A stretch of DNA of 48,126 nt from the NCBI GenBank assembly GCA_964487115.1, contig CAZAPD010000100.1, positions 1-48,126 of the forward strand, read 5' to 3'. The DNA comes from an uncultured Thermococci archaeon (lineage in GTDB: Archaea > Methanobacteriota_B > Thermococci > Thermococcales > Thermococcaceae). The notes under the pieces were generated by a model. It was not told the DNA's origin, did no database searches, and saw nothing but the letters and a program-made list of their open reading frames with translations. The translations under genes were made by a program, and so were the position numbers. This document shows, in pieces, positions 36,789 to 48,126 of this stretch; position 1 is the first letter of the stretch, and the number at the start of each line of letters is the position of its first letter.

Positions 36789-37448
36789 ATGGATGAGTTT
36801 GAGCAACTCCTGAAGAAATATGAGAATGTTGACAAGGAGGGTAGGACGAAGAGAATGGAGAAGATTGAAGAGTTTGAAGCCCTCGGACAGCAGGAGGAAT
36901 TTGTGAGAATTCCCAAAGAGAGAGTAGGTGTTCTCATCGGTAAAAAAGGAGCTGTGAAGAGGGAAATTGAAGAGAGGACAAAAACCCGGATTGAGGTGGA
37001 TAGTGAGACTGGGGAAGTATTCATAACTTCAACTGAGGAAACGGATGATCCTTTAGCCGTTTGGAAGGCAAGGGATATAGCAACCGCTATAGGGAGGGGA
37101 TTTTCACCCGGGAGAGCATTTCGATTGCTCAACGAAGGAGAGGTTCTTGAGATTATTAATCTAACGGATATCATCATAGGTAACGACAAAAACGCTCTTC
37201 CCCGTATCAGGGGGAGAATAATCGGTAGGAAGGGAAGAACAAGGGAAATTATCGAGGAAATGAGTGGTGCTGATGTTAGCGTCTATGGTAAGACTGTTGC
37301 CATTATTGGAAATCCCCTTCAGGTGGAAATAGCAAAAACTGCTATAGAGAAGCTCGCTCGGGGTTCTCCCCATGGAACTGTGTATAAGTACCTTGAACGG
37401 AGAAAAAAGGATTTGGAACTAGAAAGTGGGTCATATGAACCCATCTAA
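36789..37448 (+). CDS. KH-domain rRNA-processing protein (Dim2/Pno1-like)
   Basis: GVLIGKKG, AIGRGF, GRIIGRKG, HGTVY. Confidence 0.92.
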   Translation: MDEFEQLLKKYENVDKEGRTKRMEKIEEFEALGQQEEFVRIPKERVGVLIGKKGAVKREIEERTKTRIEVDSETGEVFITSTEETDDPLAVWKARDIATAIGRGFSPGRAFRLLNEGEVLEIINLTDIIIGNDKNALPRIRGRIIGRKGRTREIIEEMSGADVSVYGKTVAIIGNPLQVEIAKTAIEKLARGSPHGTVYKYLERRKKDLELESGSYEPI

Positions 37449-37504
37449 CTCCATAATGCTCCGTTAGGGGGCATTGATAACCAAATTAACAGGAGGGACA
37501 ATAA

Positions 37505-39184
37505 ATGGCCAAATCGAGTAAAGAGCTTTTTAAAGAGTTTAAGATTCAAAGTGTTAGCGAATTCTTTAGAAGAAATGCTGCTATGCTTGGATATACCGGT
37601 AAAATCCGTTCTCTAACAACAGTTGTCCACGAGGCAGTGACAAACTCACTGGACGCATGTGAGGAGGCCGGAATTCTCCCATATGTCCGGGTTGAAATTG
37701 AGGAGCTTGGAAAGGAACACTACAAAATAATCGTTGAGGACAATGGTCCGGGAATTCCCGAGAAGTTCATAACCCATGTTTTTGGTAAGATGCTCGCTGG
37801 AACTAAAGCTCACAGAAATATTCAGAGTAGGGGACAGCAGGGTATCGGTATAAGCGGTGCTGTTATGTTTGCCCAGATAACGAGCGGAAAGGCCACCCGT
37901 GTGATAACATCAACTGGTGGAGATATAACCGAGGCTTGGGTAAAAATTGATGTTGATAAAAATGAGGGAAAGATCGTTAGGAAAGAGAAAAAGCCAAATC
38001 CTACAGGATGGAGAGGAACACGAGTTGAGCTCGAAGTTAAAGGTGTTAGATATGTGCGTTCAAAACAGGGTGTATTCTGGTATCTTAAACTAACTGCCAT
38101 AGCAAATCCCCATGCCTACATAGAGCTTATAGAACCCGACGGAAAACTCATAACTTTTCCACGATCGAGTGAGGATATTCCAAAACCCCCCGTAGAGATG
38201 AAACCCCATCCGAGAGGAGTTCTAACCGATGACATCTACAGAATGGCCAAAAAAACGAGGCGGAATAGCATAAGACGATTTTTAATAAGCGAGTTCTCAA
38301 GGATAAGTGATAAAAAAATTGATGAGCTTGTTAAATACATCGCAGCTCTCAGGCTGATTAAGAGGGAGAAAGATAAAAATGTCCAAGAACAGCTCTACGA
38401 GCGTCTCATACATGGGGAAGTTGATAAAGTTCTCAGAAGCTTCAGGGGATACCGCAAAGTGCTGAAACAGGCTGCAAAGCTTATGGAAAAACCTCCCGAA
38501 AAACTCGACTGGCATGAGGCTGAGGAGATAGTTGAGGCATTCAAATATATAAAATTCCTCGCTCCGCCGACACATGGACTCAGGCCAATAGGGGAAGAAA
38601 ACATCAAAAGGGGCCTCACTGGTATTTTGAAGCCGGAATTTGTTACGGCAGTTACGAGATCTCCAAAGGTCTACAGGGGTGGAATACCCTTTCAGGTTGA
38701 AGTAGGGTTAGCTTATGGAGGGGAACTTAACTCGGGTTTTGACCTTCTTAGGTACGCAAACCGCGTTCCTCTCCTCTTTGATGCGGGTTCTTGTGTTACT
38801 ACAACAGCTGCGAGGAGCATAGACTGGAAGCGTTATAAAGTGGATGATATTGATAAGGCCCCTCTTGCTCTCATGATAAATGTCATCAGTGTCCATGTTC
38901 CCTACACCTCAACAGGAAAGCAGAGCATAGCCAATGAGGAAGAGATCTTCAATGAAATTCGTTTAGCTATAATGGACGCTGCCAGAAGGTTACAAACATA
39001 TCTACGCGGAAAACATCGCAAATTGTATCAAATAAAGAGACGTAAAACTTTTGAAAAATATCTCCCCGAGGTTACGCGGGCTCTCAGCATATTAACTGGA
39101 GAACCCCCCGAGGTCATTGAGAGCTATTTCCGCAAGCTTGTGGAGGAAAGATTCAAAGAAAAGGAGGCTGAGGCAAATGCCTAA
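37505..39184 (+). CDS. top6B: DNA topoisomerase VI subunit B
   Basis: GHKL motifs [31 protein letters not shown]. Confidence 0.96.
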   Translation: MAKSSKELFKEFKIQSVSEFFRRNAAMLGYTGKIRSLTTVVHEAVTNSLDACEEAGILPYVRVEIEELGKEHYKIIVEDNGPGIPEKFITHVFGKMLAGTKAHRNIQSRGQQGIGISGAVMFAQITSGKATRVITSTGGDITEAWVKIDVDKNEGKIVRKEKKPNPTGWRGTRVELEVKGVRYVRSKQGVFWYLKLTAIANPHAYIELIEPDGKLITFPRSSEDIPKPPVEMKPHPRGVLTDDIYRMAKKTRRNSIRRFLISEFSRISDKKIDELVKYIAALRLIKREKDKNVQEQLYERLIHGEVDKVLRSFRGYRKVLKQAAKLMEKPPEKLDWHEAEEIVEAFKYIKFLAPPTHGLRPIGEENIKRGLTGILKPEFVTAVTRSPKVYRGGIPFQVEVGLAYGGELNSGFDLLRYANRVPLLFDAGSCVTTTAARSIDWKRYKVDDIDKAPLALMINVISVHVPYTSTGKQSIANEEEIFNEIRLAIMDAARRLQTYLRGKHRKLYQIKRRKTFEKYLPEVTRALSILTGEPPEVIESYFRKLVEERFKEKEAEANA

Positions 39185-40337
39185 ATCCAGAGCAATTAAA
39201 AAATCAAAACCAAAGGAGAGGTTCTCTTATGATCCCCGGAAGGTGCTCACTAAACTGGAAGAACTTGGAAAGGAGATTCTTGAAAGCATCAGGCGGGGTA
39301 AAAATCCCTATTTTGACATCCCAACGAGAGGCCTTAACAACGTGTATTTCGATAAGAAGGAAAAAGTTATTAAAATGGGTGATAAAACCTCCAGACGCTA
39401 TTTCTTCAACGTAGCTCATACAAGAAAGTTTATGCAGACCCTGTTGATTTCTGCTTACGTTAAGAGGCTCGTAAGTGAAGGCAAACATGCAAGCCTTCGT
39501 GAAGCATACTACGCCAATAAACACACCATCCCGGGAACGAAGGAGAATACCTTTGAGGATCAGCGCGAGAGCGACCCCATCATAGAGGATCTTGAGAGGA
39601 TGCTCGGTGTTCTCCGTGAGGAGATGCATCTGACAGCTGACAGGCGCGGCTATATCTACGGCGACATCGTCATACGTGACGGCGAGGACGAGTTCAACAC
39701 CAGCAGGCTCGGTATGGGTGGCTGGGCTGTTCCCGGAACCGTCGAGCATCTGCATTTCGTCGAGGTCAACGTTGATTACGCTTTGGTTGTTGAGACAGCT
39801 GCTATGGCCGACCGTCTCATTGAAGAAAAGTTTCCGAAAAAAGAAAACGCTCTCATCATAGCGACACAGGGGCAAGCTTCACGTGGCGTTAGAAGACTTA
39901 TTCACAGGCTCCACTACGAGGAAGGTTTACCCATAATCGTCTTCACCGATGGAGATCCATATGGTTGGTACATATACTCAACTATCAAACAGGGTTCGAT
40001 AAACCTTGCCTATCTCAGCGATAAGCTCGCAACTCCTGAGGCAAAGTTCGTTGGGATGACGATGGATGACATTAAAAATTATGGGCTTGAGCATGTAACC
40101 GAGAAGCTGAAGGGAATACCTCCAAATAAGAAAGGGGGTCCAACGGGAGACTACAAGAGAATTATGGAAGAAATGGAATATCCATGGTTCCAAAATAAGG
40201 AATGGCAGAGGCAGTTCCAGATGGCGATTAAAATGGGGGTTAGAATAGAGCAGCAGGCTCTCGCCAATAAATCCCTTGAATTTGTTGCCAAAAAGTATTT
40301 GCCTGAAAAGATAGAACGCGGTGAGTTACTGCCATGA
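39177..40337 (+). CDS. top6A: DNA topoisomerase VI subunit A
   Basis: [29 protein letters not shown]. Confidence 0.96.
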   Translation: MPKSRAIKKSKPKERFSYDPRKVLTKLEELGKEILESIRRGKNPYFDIPTRGLNNVYFDKKEKVIKMGDKTSRRYFFNVAHTRKFMQTLLISAYVKRLVSEGKHASLREAYYANKHTIPGTKENTFEDQRESDPIIEDLERMLGVLREEMHLTADRRGYIYGDIVIRDGEDEFNTSRLGMGGWAVPGTVEHLHFVEVNVDYALVVETAAMADRLIEEKFPKKENALIIATQGQASRGVRRLIHRLHYEEGLPIIVFTDGDPYGWYIYSTIKQGSINLAYLSDKLATPEAKFVGMTMDDIKNYGLEHVTEKLKGIPPNKKGGPTGDYKRIMEEMEYPWFQNKEWQRQFQMAIKMGVRIEQQALANKSLEFVAKKYLPEKIERGELLP

Positions 40338-41584
40338 CGACGACTGAAGAGCTCGTCGCTCGGGTAAATAAGATACTGGATGATATTGGGATAGACATGG
40401 CTGGATTATTTGAGAAATTCAGTATTCCATCCCTGATCTTTTATTTAAGCAGGAATTTGCTCCTACTTCAGGATCTGGAGGATGAGCTCTCAAGGAGGGT
40501 TGGAGAGACTGCCCCCTCTGTTAGAGGATTGGATAGGCTAAGTAGGGATCCACATATCCAGTGGATCTATAAGAAAAAACACAACCGTATCTTAGCTTTA
40601 GAGAGACTTAGAGCGGCTATAACCGCCCATAAGATGGCATTGGCCTTGATATCAGCAAATTACACGTTCAAAATTGGTAAAAAGGAAGTTGGGATTGAAA
40701 GCATAAAGGCAGTAGAGAATATAGGCAAACTTAAAATCATGAAAAAACCCGTAACGCTTGGACGACTTGAAATACTTCCCTATCTTGCATATTCAGGTGA
40801 CGTCCTGCGTCTTCTCGGTCATGAGAGCAGGGAAGTAAGGGAGATGTTTAAGTTCATCAAAGCCAAGCTAAGGGAGAAGGGAATAGTCAGGATGAAAAGT
40901 CTCCGTATTGAAGTAGAATACTGGGATAGGAACAGGTTGAAGAAAGCAAGGATTGACCTGCCAGCTGACTCTGATATTGAATCCGAGCTCAAAAAAAGAT
41001 ACGGAAAACGCTTTCGCTGGAGGGTTTTGAGTTTAGTCAAAACAAGGGGAGTTTTGATTAACAACCATTACACGGTTGACAATCTGGCCTTAGCATATTC
41101 ATCGCTTGCTCCTGAAAATGGAGCGAAATTTTTAGGGCTCGATCTCTTTCGCTACTACTTTCTGACATCAGAAAAGGAAAGGGAAACCCTGGGTCTCTAC
41201 CCTGATATAAGGCTCTGCGTTGACTGCCATTATTCTATTTTTGACCTGCCCTTTATGGAGGAGAAGGACTTCAGAACAGGTCATGGGAGCATGCTCGTCA
41301 TGAGGAAATGCGAGATGGAAAAGCTCCTCAGCGGCAGAAGAAGTGAGCTTTCAAACCTGCCAAATTATCTGTTAGGAGGGGTTCTGCTTTACGGTATGAG
41401 TGATTATAGTGAGAGCAAAGTTGCAGAAATGCTCTCGATATCCCGGGATGAACTTATTGATGCAATCCGCAGGTTTGTAATTTCAGGACTGCACAGAACT
41501 CTTTTTGCTGATGTTAGTAAGTTTGAGAAGTTTATGCCGAAGAGTGACAAAGCGAAAAGGTTTTTGGAGCTCCTTCAGGGGTGA
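40334..41584 (+). CDS. Conserved hypothetical protein (DUF530-like)
   Basis: [27 protein letters not shown]; follows top6A. Confidence 0.75.
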   Translation: MTTTEELVARVNKILDDIGIDMAGLFEKFSIPSLIFYLSRNLLLLQDLEDELSRRVGETAPSVRGLDRLSRDPHIQWIYKKKHNRILALERLRAAITAHKMALALISANYTFKIGKKEVGIESIKAVENIGKLKIMKKPVTLGRLEILPYLAYSGDVLRLLGHESREVREMFKFIKAKLREKGIVRMKSLRIEVEYWDRNRLKKARIDLPADSDIESELKKRYGKRFRWRVLSLVKTRGVLINNHYTVDNLALAYSSLAPENGAKFLGLDLFRYYFLTSEKERETLGLYPDIRLCVDCHYSIFDLPFMEEKDFRTGHGSMLVMRKCEMEKLLSGRRSELSNLPNYLLGGVLLYGMSDYSESKVAEMLSISRDELIDAIRRFVISGLHRTLFADVSKFEKFMPKSDKAKRFLELLQG

Positions 41585-41588
41585 GAGT

Positions 41589-41978
41589 ATGAGAGTTGAG
41601 ATAAAGGCGAAGAATAATGAGGAGCTTTTGAGGAAGATAGATAGACTTCTGAATGAAGATGTTACGGAGGTTTATGTCAACCTAAGACCCACAAAAGAAA
41701 TACTCGTGAGAATTCTTGAAAATGCTCCAAATATCAAAGTTATAGGATGTCCCCCAAGTTTGTATCCCAAGGTCTCAAAGAAAGCCATAAATGCCCTCTC
41801 GCAGATGGGTATAAAACTTGTTCCGGTCGGTTATTCCCGAGGAAGGCCGAGGAAATATGACGAAAAAACACTTCTCCTTATCAGAAAGATGATGAGGCAG
41901 GGTAAAAAGCCGAGAGAAATTAGTAGGGAGCTTAATATACCTCTGCGAACCCTTTACTATATGATAAACGGAAGGTAG
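41589..41978 (+). CDS. DUF1699-like protein with C-terminal HTH
   Basis: NLRPT, CPPSLY, RGRPRKY, ISRELNIPLRTLYY. Confidence 0.8.
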   Translation: MRVEIKAKNNEELLRKIDRLLNEDVTEVYVNLRPTKEILVRILENAPNIKVIGCPPSLYPKVSKKAINALSQMGIKLVPVGYSRGRPRKYDEKTLLLIRKMMRQGKKPREISRELNIPLRTLYYMINGR

Positions 41979-41985
41979 TCGGGAT

Positions 41986-42738
41986 ATGAGGAGATATTCA
42001 TTTCTTCTTTTAATCCTCCTGATGACGTTGATTCTATCTGCCAAAGAAAGACATGGAGTTAGCTCCATCAATGTTGAATGGGTTTATATTGCCAATGGCG
42101 TTCTGTTTTTTGCACTTTTTGGCTATATTATCAAAGCCCTATTTGAAGGCAAACTGAACATCAGACGAGCACCTTATAAAAAACGAAGCACTCTTGACAC
42201 TGTAAAAGCAATAATAATTTCCCTTGCAATTGTAGTAGCTGTTTATATGCTCCTAAACCCAGTTAGAAGAAAGTATCCAAAGAGCTGGCCACCAAAACCA
42301 ACGATCTATCATTTTAAATTCTTTGAAGATGCTTTGAAGATTACGCTACAGCCCCTCCCATGGTATATATATCTCATGCCTTTCTTGGTTTTGATAGGAA
42401 TACTTATGACAATCAAAAAGAGGCGTCAAAAAATTCAGGAAAAGTACAGATTTGAGCCATCTATGACCTTTGACACGATAGAGGGAACGCCAGAAGAAAG
42501 AATAATAAAGATGTATAAAAATGTTGTCGCTGGGCTCATCCTTAAGGGTTATCCTTACCAGAAGAGCTGGACTCACTGGGAACACGAAGCCAGACTGAGG
42601 GAAATATTTCCCGATCTGGATGATTTGGATAGGCTGACAAGAATATTTGAAAAGGCCAAATATGGGAAAAGGCTTGCAGAAGGGGATATTGACCTCGCAA
42701 GGAAAAGCTATGAAAAGCTGATGAGGTTTTTAAGATAG
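41986..42738 (+). CDS. Membrane protein with C-terminal DUF4129-like domain
   Basis: TM helices followed by SWTHWEH...LTRIFEKAKYG. Confidence 0.78.
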   Translation: MRRYSFLLLILLMTLILSAKERHGVSSINVEWVYIANGVLFFALFGYIIKALFEGKLNIRRAPYKKRSTLDTVKAIIISLAIVVAVYMLLNPVRRKYPKSWPPKPTIYHFKFFEDALKITLQPLPWYIYLMPFLVLIGILMTIKKRRQKIQEKYRFEPSMTFDTIEGTPEERIIKMYKNVVAGLILKGYPYQKSWTHWEHEARLREIFPDLDDLDRLTRIFEKAKYGKRLAEGDIDLARKSYEKLMRFLR

Positions 42739-42827
42739 TTACACCTATAGAGAACAGAGGGCTAAGCATTGATGAATTGAGATAGCTTTAAAACCTGCTC
42801 GAAATAGGCTCACGCAGGGGTGAAAAT

Positions 42828-43631
42828 ATGATCGTTGAAACTCAGGAAGAAAGACCTGTGATAATGGAGAGACTCCAACGGGTTGGCATTACCAACCTAA
42901 AGACAATCGCGAGGATTAACTGGAAAGGGAGAATATACACATTTATTCCAACATTTGAGATTACGATTGACGTTCCTGAAGAGAAAAAAGGCATTCACAT
43001 GAGCAGGCTGATCGAAAGCATAACCGAGGCGATGAGTGAGGCTGTTGAGGAGGAGGTCATGCAGGCCCATTCCTCTTTAGAAGAACTCGGAAAGTGCATA
43101 ATAGGTCGCCTTGAAGGAAAACACCGTCACAAGCGAGCAGAGGTATGGATACGAACACACCTTATAATCCCGCGCGAGACTCCGGCGAGTAAAAGAACGA
43201 CCTACGAACCTTATGATGTGGAAGTCGGCGTTATAAAGAACGAGGACGGTTCCTTTGGAAAGATTCTCCGCGTCAAGGTGATTGGCAACACGGCCTGCCC
43301 TCACGCCATGGCCAACAACAATGGCAAGACTCACATACAGAGAGCCATAGGAGAGCTTGAGGTAAAGACAGCTTTTGATGAGGAGATAGCCCTTGAGGAC
43401 ATGATAGATGTCGTTGAGAGTTCTTTTAGCCATCCTACATACACCCTGCTAAAGACGGTAGATGAGAATGCTGTTGTTCAGGGCATGTATGGAAATCCAA
43501 AGTTCGTTGAGGACGTGGCGAGGGAGATATTCGCCAAAGCGAAGGAACGCTTCAGGGGTAGAATACACGTGAAGGTGATCAGCAATGAGAGCATCCATAA
43601 GCACGATGTGATAGCGGAAACATGGAGCTGA
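42828..43631 (+). CDS. mptA: GTP cyclohydrolase IV MptA (FolE2 family)
   Basis: KGIHMSR, TACP, HIQR, NPKFVED, ESIHKHD. Confidence 0.9.
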   Translation: MIVETQEERPVIMERLQRVGITNLKTIARINWKGRIYTFIPTFEITIDVPEEKKGIHMSRLIESITEAMSEAVEEEVMQAHSSLEELGKCIIGRLEGKHRHKRAEVWIRTHLIIPRETPASKRTTYEPYDVEVGVIKNEDGSFGKILRVKVIGNTACPHAMANNNGKTHIQRAIGELEVKTAFDEEIALEDMIDVVESSFSHPTYTLLKTVDENAVVQGMYGNPKFVEDVAREIFAKAKERFRGRIHVKVISNESIHKHDVIAETWS

Positions 43632-43649
43632 TGAGTCACACTTAATGGG

Positions 43650-44245
43650 ATGAAAGGGATAGAGGAGCACAGCAGTAACGAGTTCCTTGAGTGGGACGCA
43701 CCAGGGAGTATAATCTGCCAGCTTTCACAGGCGATTCCCAAGCACTTATTATTCCGGATCTTGGCATGGGTCAAAGATCGTGGTGATACTATCTAAGGAA
43801 CCCCTGAAATATCATCCGCTTCTACTCACGAGAAAATTCACCTTCTTGATCCCTGATTCACGGGAGCTGGACGATTATACGACCTGCTCCACTGCTTGGT
43901 CATCTTGCATTTCCCGACTATCCGCTGAAGTCCAAGCTCAGGAAAAAGAATGTCTTTGTAGAGTATAATGGTCCGAAGAGATTCGTGGAAGGAGTGAAAG
44001 CCGGAGGCCGTTCATCGAGGGAAGCCAAAGAGCTCCTCGGAATGCTGAAGGGTCTTAAGTATTCCGGCTATTCAAAAGCCGCCATAGATGCCGCCCTGGG
44101 TGAACTGGAGGCGAAAACGAATGAACTCCTCCGCAATCCCAAGAAAAACCTCGATCTGATAGGCCTCTATCTGGCGCTCCTGAGGCTCATCGAGGAGGAG
44201 AACTTTGAGGGTGCCGAGGAGTTTCTCAGGAAAGTCTTGGACTGA
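43650..44245 (+). pseudogene. Decayed gene; C-terminal 131 codons remain open
   Basis: Frame of the 43985 ORF is open back to 43850 with no start codon before the GTG at 43985; protein-like pieces in other frames upstream. Confidence 0.55.
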
Positions 44246-44368
44246 AAACCTCAACCGCTCTGGCCAAAAGTTTGAACATTTAAAGCCCAAGTCCGCTGGG
44301 AAAGATTTATAACCCAACTTTTTAAGTGAGTGTTGAACAAGCTCATCAGGAGATAGTAGGTGGTGTAA

Positions 44369-46567
44369 ATGGGAAGAAGGGAAGAAATGATTGCGAAGAT
44401 TAAGCAATTAATGACCCAGCCTGAGAGAATCAGGAACATGGGTATTGCCGCTCATATTGACCACGGCAAGACGACACTCAGCGATAACCTGCTCGCCGGT
44501 GCTGGAATGATCAGTGAAGAATTGGCAGGAAAACAGCTCGTTCTTGATTTCGATGAACAGGAGCAGGCGAGGGGCATCACCATCAATGCGGCTAACGTTT
44601 CGATGGTTCATACTTATGAGGGTCAGGAATACCTCATTAATCTTATAGACACTCCGGGTCACGTCGACTTTGGTGGTGACGTTACGAGGGCAATGAGAGC
44701 CATCGACGGGGCGATAATAGTTGTCGACGCTGTTGAGGGTGTCATGCCTCAGACCGAGACCGTTTTGAGGCAGGCTTTGAGGGAATATGTCAAACCTGTT
44801 CTTTTCATCAATAAGGTTGACAGGCTCATCAAAGAGCTCAAACTCACTCCACAGCAGATGCTTGAGAGGTTTGCAAAAATAATCACAGATGTCAATAGGC
44901 TCATCAGAAAGTATGCTCCAGAAGAGTTTAGAAAGGAGTGGTATGTGAATGTTAATAACGGTAGCGTCGCCTTTGGTTCCGCTTACTACAACTGGGCCCT
45001 TAGCGTCCCTTACATGCAGAAGCACGGTGTCTCATTTAAGGACATAATCGATTTAACAAATGCCAATGATCTAAAAACTCTCAGGAAAAAGGCTCCTCTC
45101 CATGTTGTTGTCCTTGATATGGTCGTCAAACATCTTCCGAATCCGCTTGAGGCTCAGAAGTATAGGATTCCACACCTCTGGAGGGGAGATGTTGAGAGTG
45201 ATGTTGGCCAGGCAATGGTTAAGTGTGACCCGAACGGAAAGATGACGATGGTTGTTACGAAGATTATCATTGACAAACACGCAGGTGAGGTCTCAACTGG
45301 TAGAGTATGGAGCGGCACTGTAAAGACGGGTCAGGAGGTCTATCTCATCAACGCCAAGAGGAAGGCCAGAATCCAACAGGTCGGTATCTACATGGGGCCC
45401 GAGAGGGTCAACATGGAGGCTGTCCCCGCCGGAAATATTGTCGCAGTTACGGGACTTAGGGATGCTATGGCAGGCGAAACAGTTTCTGTTGAAAAAATCG
45501 AGCCTTTTGAAGCCCTTCATTACACCAGCGAGCCGGTCGTTACCGTGGCCATAGAGGCCAAGAATGTTAAGGATTTGCCAAAACTCATTGAAGCTTTAAG
45601 ACAGCTCGCCAAGGAAGACCCGACGCTCCACGTCAAGATCGACGAGGAGACCGGTCAGCACCTCCTCAGCGGTATGGGTGAACTCCACCTTGAGGTCAAG
45701 CTCGTCAAGCTCAAGGAAGACTGGAAGCTTGAAGTCGACGTCTCAGAACCGATCGTCGTTTATAGAGAGAGCATAACAAAGCAGAGCCCAATCGTTGAAG
45801 GAAAGAGTCCAAACAAGCACAACAGATTCTACATCATTGTCGAGCCAATGCCTGATAATATTTACGAAGCAATTCATGAAGGATTTATCCCTGAGGGAAG
45901 GCCTAAGAACTCTAAGGAAGTTGCTAAAAAGTTGGCCGAGCTCGGCATGGATTATGACATGGCAAAGGGCATCGTCGATATCTACCAAGGCAACATGTTC
46001 TTCGACAACACCAAGGGTATCCAGTACCTGAACGAAGTCATGGATCTGCTCATAGATGGTTTCCACCAGGCAATGGATGAGGGTCCGATGGCCAGAGAGC
46101 CAGTTATGAAGGTCATCGTCAGGCTTGTTGATGCAAAGATACACGAGGACAATGTCCACAGGGGTCCGGCCCAGATTTATCCCGCAATAAGAACAGCCAT
46201 ACACTGTGCAATGATGAAGTCCAACCCTGTACTCTACGAACCGTATCAAAAGGTTATTATAAATGTCCCATATGAGTACATGGGAGCTGTCAGCAGAGAA
46301 ATCAACCAGAGAAGAGGCCAGCTCATTGATATGAGACAGGAGGGAGAGGTAATGATCATCATCTCAGAGGCCCCTGTCGCTGAGATGTTTGGATTTGCTG
46401 GAGCTATCAGAGGTGCCACAAGTGGAAGAGCCCTCTGGAGCACAGAGCATGCGGGTTTCAAGCGTGTTCCGGGAGAGCTGGCTATAAATATCATCAGACA
46501 GATCAGACAGAGAAAAGGCCTAAACCCCAATCCGCCAACTGAGAAGGATATCTGCCCACAGCAGTGA
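44369..46567 (+). CDS. fusA: Elongation factor EF-2
   Basis: [23 protein letters not shown], diphthamide loop HEDNVHRG. Confidence 0.98.
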   Translation: MGRREEMIAKIKQLMTQPERIRNMGIAAHIDHGKTTLSDNLLAGAGMISEELAGKQLVLDFDEQEQARGITINAANVSMVHTYEGQEYLINLIDTPGHVDFGGDVTRAMRAIDGAIIVVDAVEGVMPQTETVLRQALREYVKPVLFINKVDRLIKELKLTPQQMLERFAKIITDVNRLIRKYAPEEFRKEWYVNVNNGSVAFGSAYYNWALSVPYMQKHGVSFKDIIDLTNANDLKTLRKKAPLHVVVLDMVVKHLPNPLEAQKYRIPHLWRGDVESDVGQAMVKCDPNGKMTMVVTKIIIDKHAGEVSTGRVWSGTVKTGQEVYLINAKRKARIQQVGIYMGPERVNMEAVPAGNIVAVTGLRDAMAGETVSVEKIEPFEALHYTSEPVVTVAIEAKNVKDLPKLIEALRQLAKEDPTLHVKIDEETGQHLLSGMGELHLEVKLVKLKEDWKLEVDVSEPIVVYRESITKQSPIVEGKSPNKHNRFYIIVEPMPDNIYEAIHEGFIPEGRPKNSKEVAKKLAELGMDYDMAKGIVDIYQGNMFFDNTKGIQYLNEVMDLLIDGFHQAMDEGPMAREPVMKVIVRLVDAKIHEDNVHRGPAQIYPAIRTAIHCAMMKSNPVLYEPYQKVIINVPYEYMGAVSREINQRRGQLIDMRQEGEVMIIISEAPVAEMFGFAGAIRGATSGRALWSTEHAGFKRVPGELAINIIRQIRQRKGLNPNPPTEKDICPQQ

Positions 46568-46571
46568 GGCG

Positions 46572-46601
46572 TCTTTCCTTTCTCCTGTTTCTTTGTTATT
46601 T
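46572..46601 (+). terminator. Pyrimidine/T-rich archaeal terminator after fusA
   Basis: TCTTTCCTTTCTCCTGTTTCTTTGTTATTT just after the stop codon. Confidence 0.55.
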
Positions 46602-46722
46602 AATGCCAGAGAGCGTGTTTTTGGAATGCTCTAAGAGGTGATACCTTCGTTGTCCTAACAGTATAAAACTAAAGAGGAAACTTTATTATGAATTCGAACC
46701 TCGTTTAAATGGGAGGATAGTT

Positions 46723-47340
46723 ATGGACAACACAAAGAAACATTCAGTGTTGTCGTGGCTTGAAGAATACTGGCCGATACCGACACCATTTCTTGCATTA
46801 TATCTAACAATCGTATTAACCTTGTTCGTTCTGAACAAGGATTTCGGCCTTTTCCTCATTTGGATACAAACACCGGTTTATTTCTTGCATCAGTTCGAGG
46901 AGTATGTTTACCCAGGCGGATTTCTGGAGTACTTCAATACAAAGGCTCTGGGTTCAAGCAGAAAAGACTGGCCACTCACAAAAACATACTCATTTTGGAT
47001 AAATTTCCCCCTCATCTTCATTGGATTTCCGGTCTCAGCAATTCTTGCCGGTCAGATAGATATCTCCATCGGGATATGGACTGCATATTTTTCCATTCTT
47101 AATGGGCTTTCCCACCTTGGGATGTTCTTTAGAGACGGTTATAACCCGGGTCTTGTAGCAAGCGTATTCCTCAATATTCCGGTTGGCATATACACAGTTT
47201 ACTACTTTACCACTAATCAATTGATTCCCCTAAGCTCGCACATCATTGGAGCTGGTATCGCAGTAGCAATTCAAAGCACATTAATGATGTTCGGGTTTAA
47301 AGTCTTAAAGCCAAAAATAAAACAAAACCAAAATAAGTAA
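46723..47340 (+). CDS. HXXEE-domain membrane protein
   Basis: LHQFEEY, multi-TM, GYNPGL; GGGAGG RBS. Confidence 0.88.
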   Translation: MDNTKKHSVLSWLEEYWPIPTPFLALYLTIVLTLFVLNKDFGLFLIWIQTPVYFLHQFEEYVYPGGFLEYFNTKALGSSRKDWPLTKTYSFWINFPLIFIGFPVSAILAGQIDISIGIWTAYFSILNGLSHLGMFFRDGYNPGLVASVFLNIPVGIYTVYYFTTNQLIPLSSHIIGAGIAVAIQSTLMMFGFKVLKPKIKQNQNK

Positions 47341-47826
47341 GAAACCTCGGCTCGGGGCTCACTAAATATCATGTTCGCATATGTTATATCAACAATAAGT
47401 TCCTATGGATACTGTTAGGATAAGCAGTAGGGTCTCAGGTTTAAACCTCTGGCATTACTTCAGGAAAATGGAGGGAGCATGAAGATTGGAACTATTATTT
47501 ACTGGGTGGTTTCACTCTTAACGTTGCAATAAAAGAAAATCAGAGCAATGAGCCTGTGCCTACATGGTTTAAGTTGTAGGCAAGTCTCGAAATCAGCTAC
47601 GTAACAGAATTCGGAAAATAGCAAAATCCCCACAGCCAAAAAACGGAGGAAGTTGACGAGACTGTGGTGAAAATTAACGGAGAGAAAAATTTTGTTCGTC
47701 CCCATTCTGGGATTAATGCTCTCCTTGGTGATGTTACTGAATGGCTCCAGGATCTGATGCCTCAATTATCCTAACAGTATCCCAACAAGCAGTTAACTTT
47801 TTAAACCCTCCCCAATATCTCAGTTT

Positions 47827-47881
47827 GGGCTCATGAGGCTCTCCCGAAAAAACGGGTTTCCCGTTCGAGAGAGCTGAGGTT
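47827..47881 (+). ncRNA. Candidate K-turn hairpin small RNA upstream of the tuf promoter
   Basis: Own TATA (TTTTTAAA, about 47798-47805); GGCU/GGUU stem, CAU bulge, tandem GA pairs, GGCUCUC/GAGAGCU stem, apical AACGGG/CCCGUU. Confidence 0.55.
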
Positions 47882-47882
47882 A

Positions 47883-47897
47883 CGAAAGCTTTAAAAA
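47883..47897 (+). promoter_or_regulatory. BRE-TATA promoter of tuf
   Basis: CGAAAGCTTTAAAAA about 50 nt upstream of ATG; GGAGGTG RBS at 47931. Confidence 0.7.
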
Positions 47898-47944
47898 CCT
47901 ATCCCAATCAAAAAGGTTAGACTGAAATTTGGAGGTGTTTGAAA

Positions 47945-48126
47945 ATGGCAAAGGAGAAGCCACACGTTAACATTGTGTTTATCGGACACGTAGACCACGG
48001 GAAGAGTACAACTATAGGAAGACTGCTCTTCGACACTGCCAACATCCCTGAGAACATCATCAAGAAGTTCGAGGAGATGGGTGAGAAGGGTAAGTCCTTC
48101 AAGTTCGCCTGGGTCATGGACAGGCT
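47945..48126 (+). CDS. tuf: Elongation factor 1-alpha, 3'-truncated by window edge
   Basis: [28 protein letters not shown]...[13 protein letters not shown]. Confidence 0.97.
   Translation, partial: MAKEKPHVNIVFIGHVDHGKSTTIGRLLFDTANIPENIIKKFEEMGEKGKSFKFAWVMDR

Noticed and set aside
37455..37475. Hairpin AATGCTCC/GGGGCATT before top6B
   Set aside because: Single short stem with no other supporting signal
43628..43681. Possible C/D sRNA at the mptA stop (CTGATGA...ATGA...TAGAGGA...ACGA)
   Set aside because: No canonical CTGA D box or terminal stem, and it overlaps pseudogene debris; too weak without expression data
17657..46567. Inteins in topA, top6B, top6A or EF-2
   Set aside because: Protein lengths are normal and no intein splice motifs or LAGLIDADG inserts are seen
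47445..47774. In-frame TAG codons as possible pyrrolysine read-through
   Set aside because: Thermococcales are not known to use pyrrolysine, and the frame lacks a start at its 5' end; pseudogene decay is simpler
1..48126. CRISPR array or cas genes to partner the CARF protein
   Set aside because: No regularly spaced 25-40 bp repeats and no Cas-like ORFs seen

Overview
Archaeal chromosomal DNA from the order Thermococcales (Thermococcus/Palaeococcus-like), with GGAGGTG/GGTGA ribosome-binding sites and BRE-TATA promoters. Most of the window is conserved housekeeping content: the SurR-Pdo-ferredoxin-geranylgeranyl reductase redox locus, topA, adk, aglB-glmS, the PCNA inhibitor TIP, rnhB, a Zn/Mn ABC transporter, aIF-1A-rio1-KH-top6B-top6A, mptA, EF-2 and the 5' end of EF-1alpha. 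The first 17 kb is more variable. Highlights: (1) a stand-alone CARF (ring-nuclease-like) gene overlapping a PIN ribonuclease gene, with no CRISPR-Cas or cyclase in the window; (2) a three-gene operon (secreted Pro/Gln-repeat protein, small membrane protein, ArsR regulator) with a perfect palindromic operator and a regulator whose ATG is one base out of frame; (3) several probable non-coding RNAs: a box C/D sRNA, a K-turn hairpin with its own promoter upstream of tuf, and a GC-rich structured intergenic element; (4) tandem Zn-ribbon membrane paralogs; (5) decayed pseudogenes around fusA. No tRNA, rRNA, CRISPR array or intact transposase was recognised. Family assignments come from motif recognition by eye, not from database searches.
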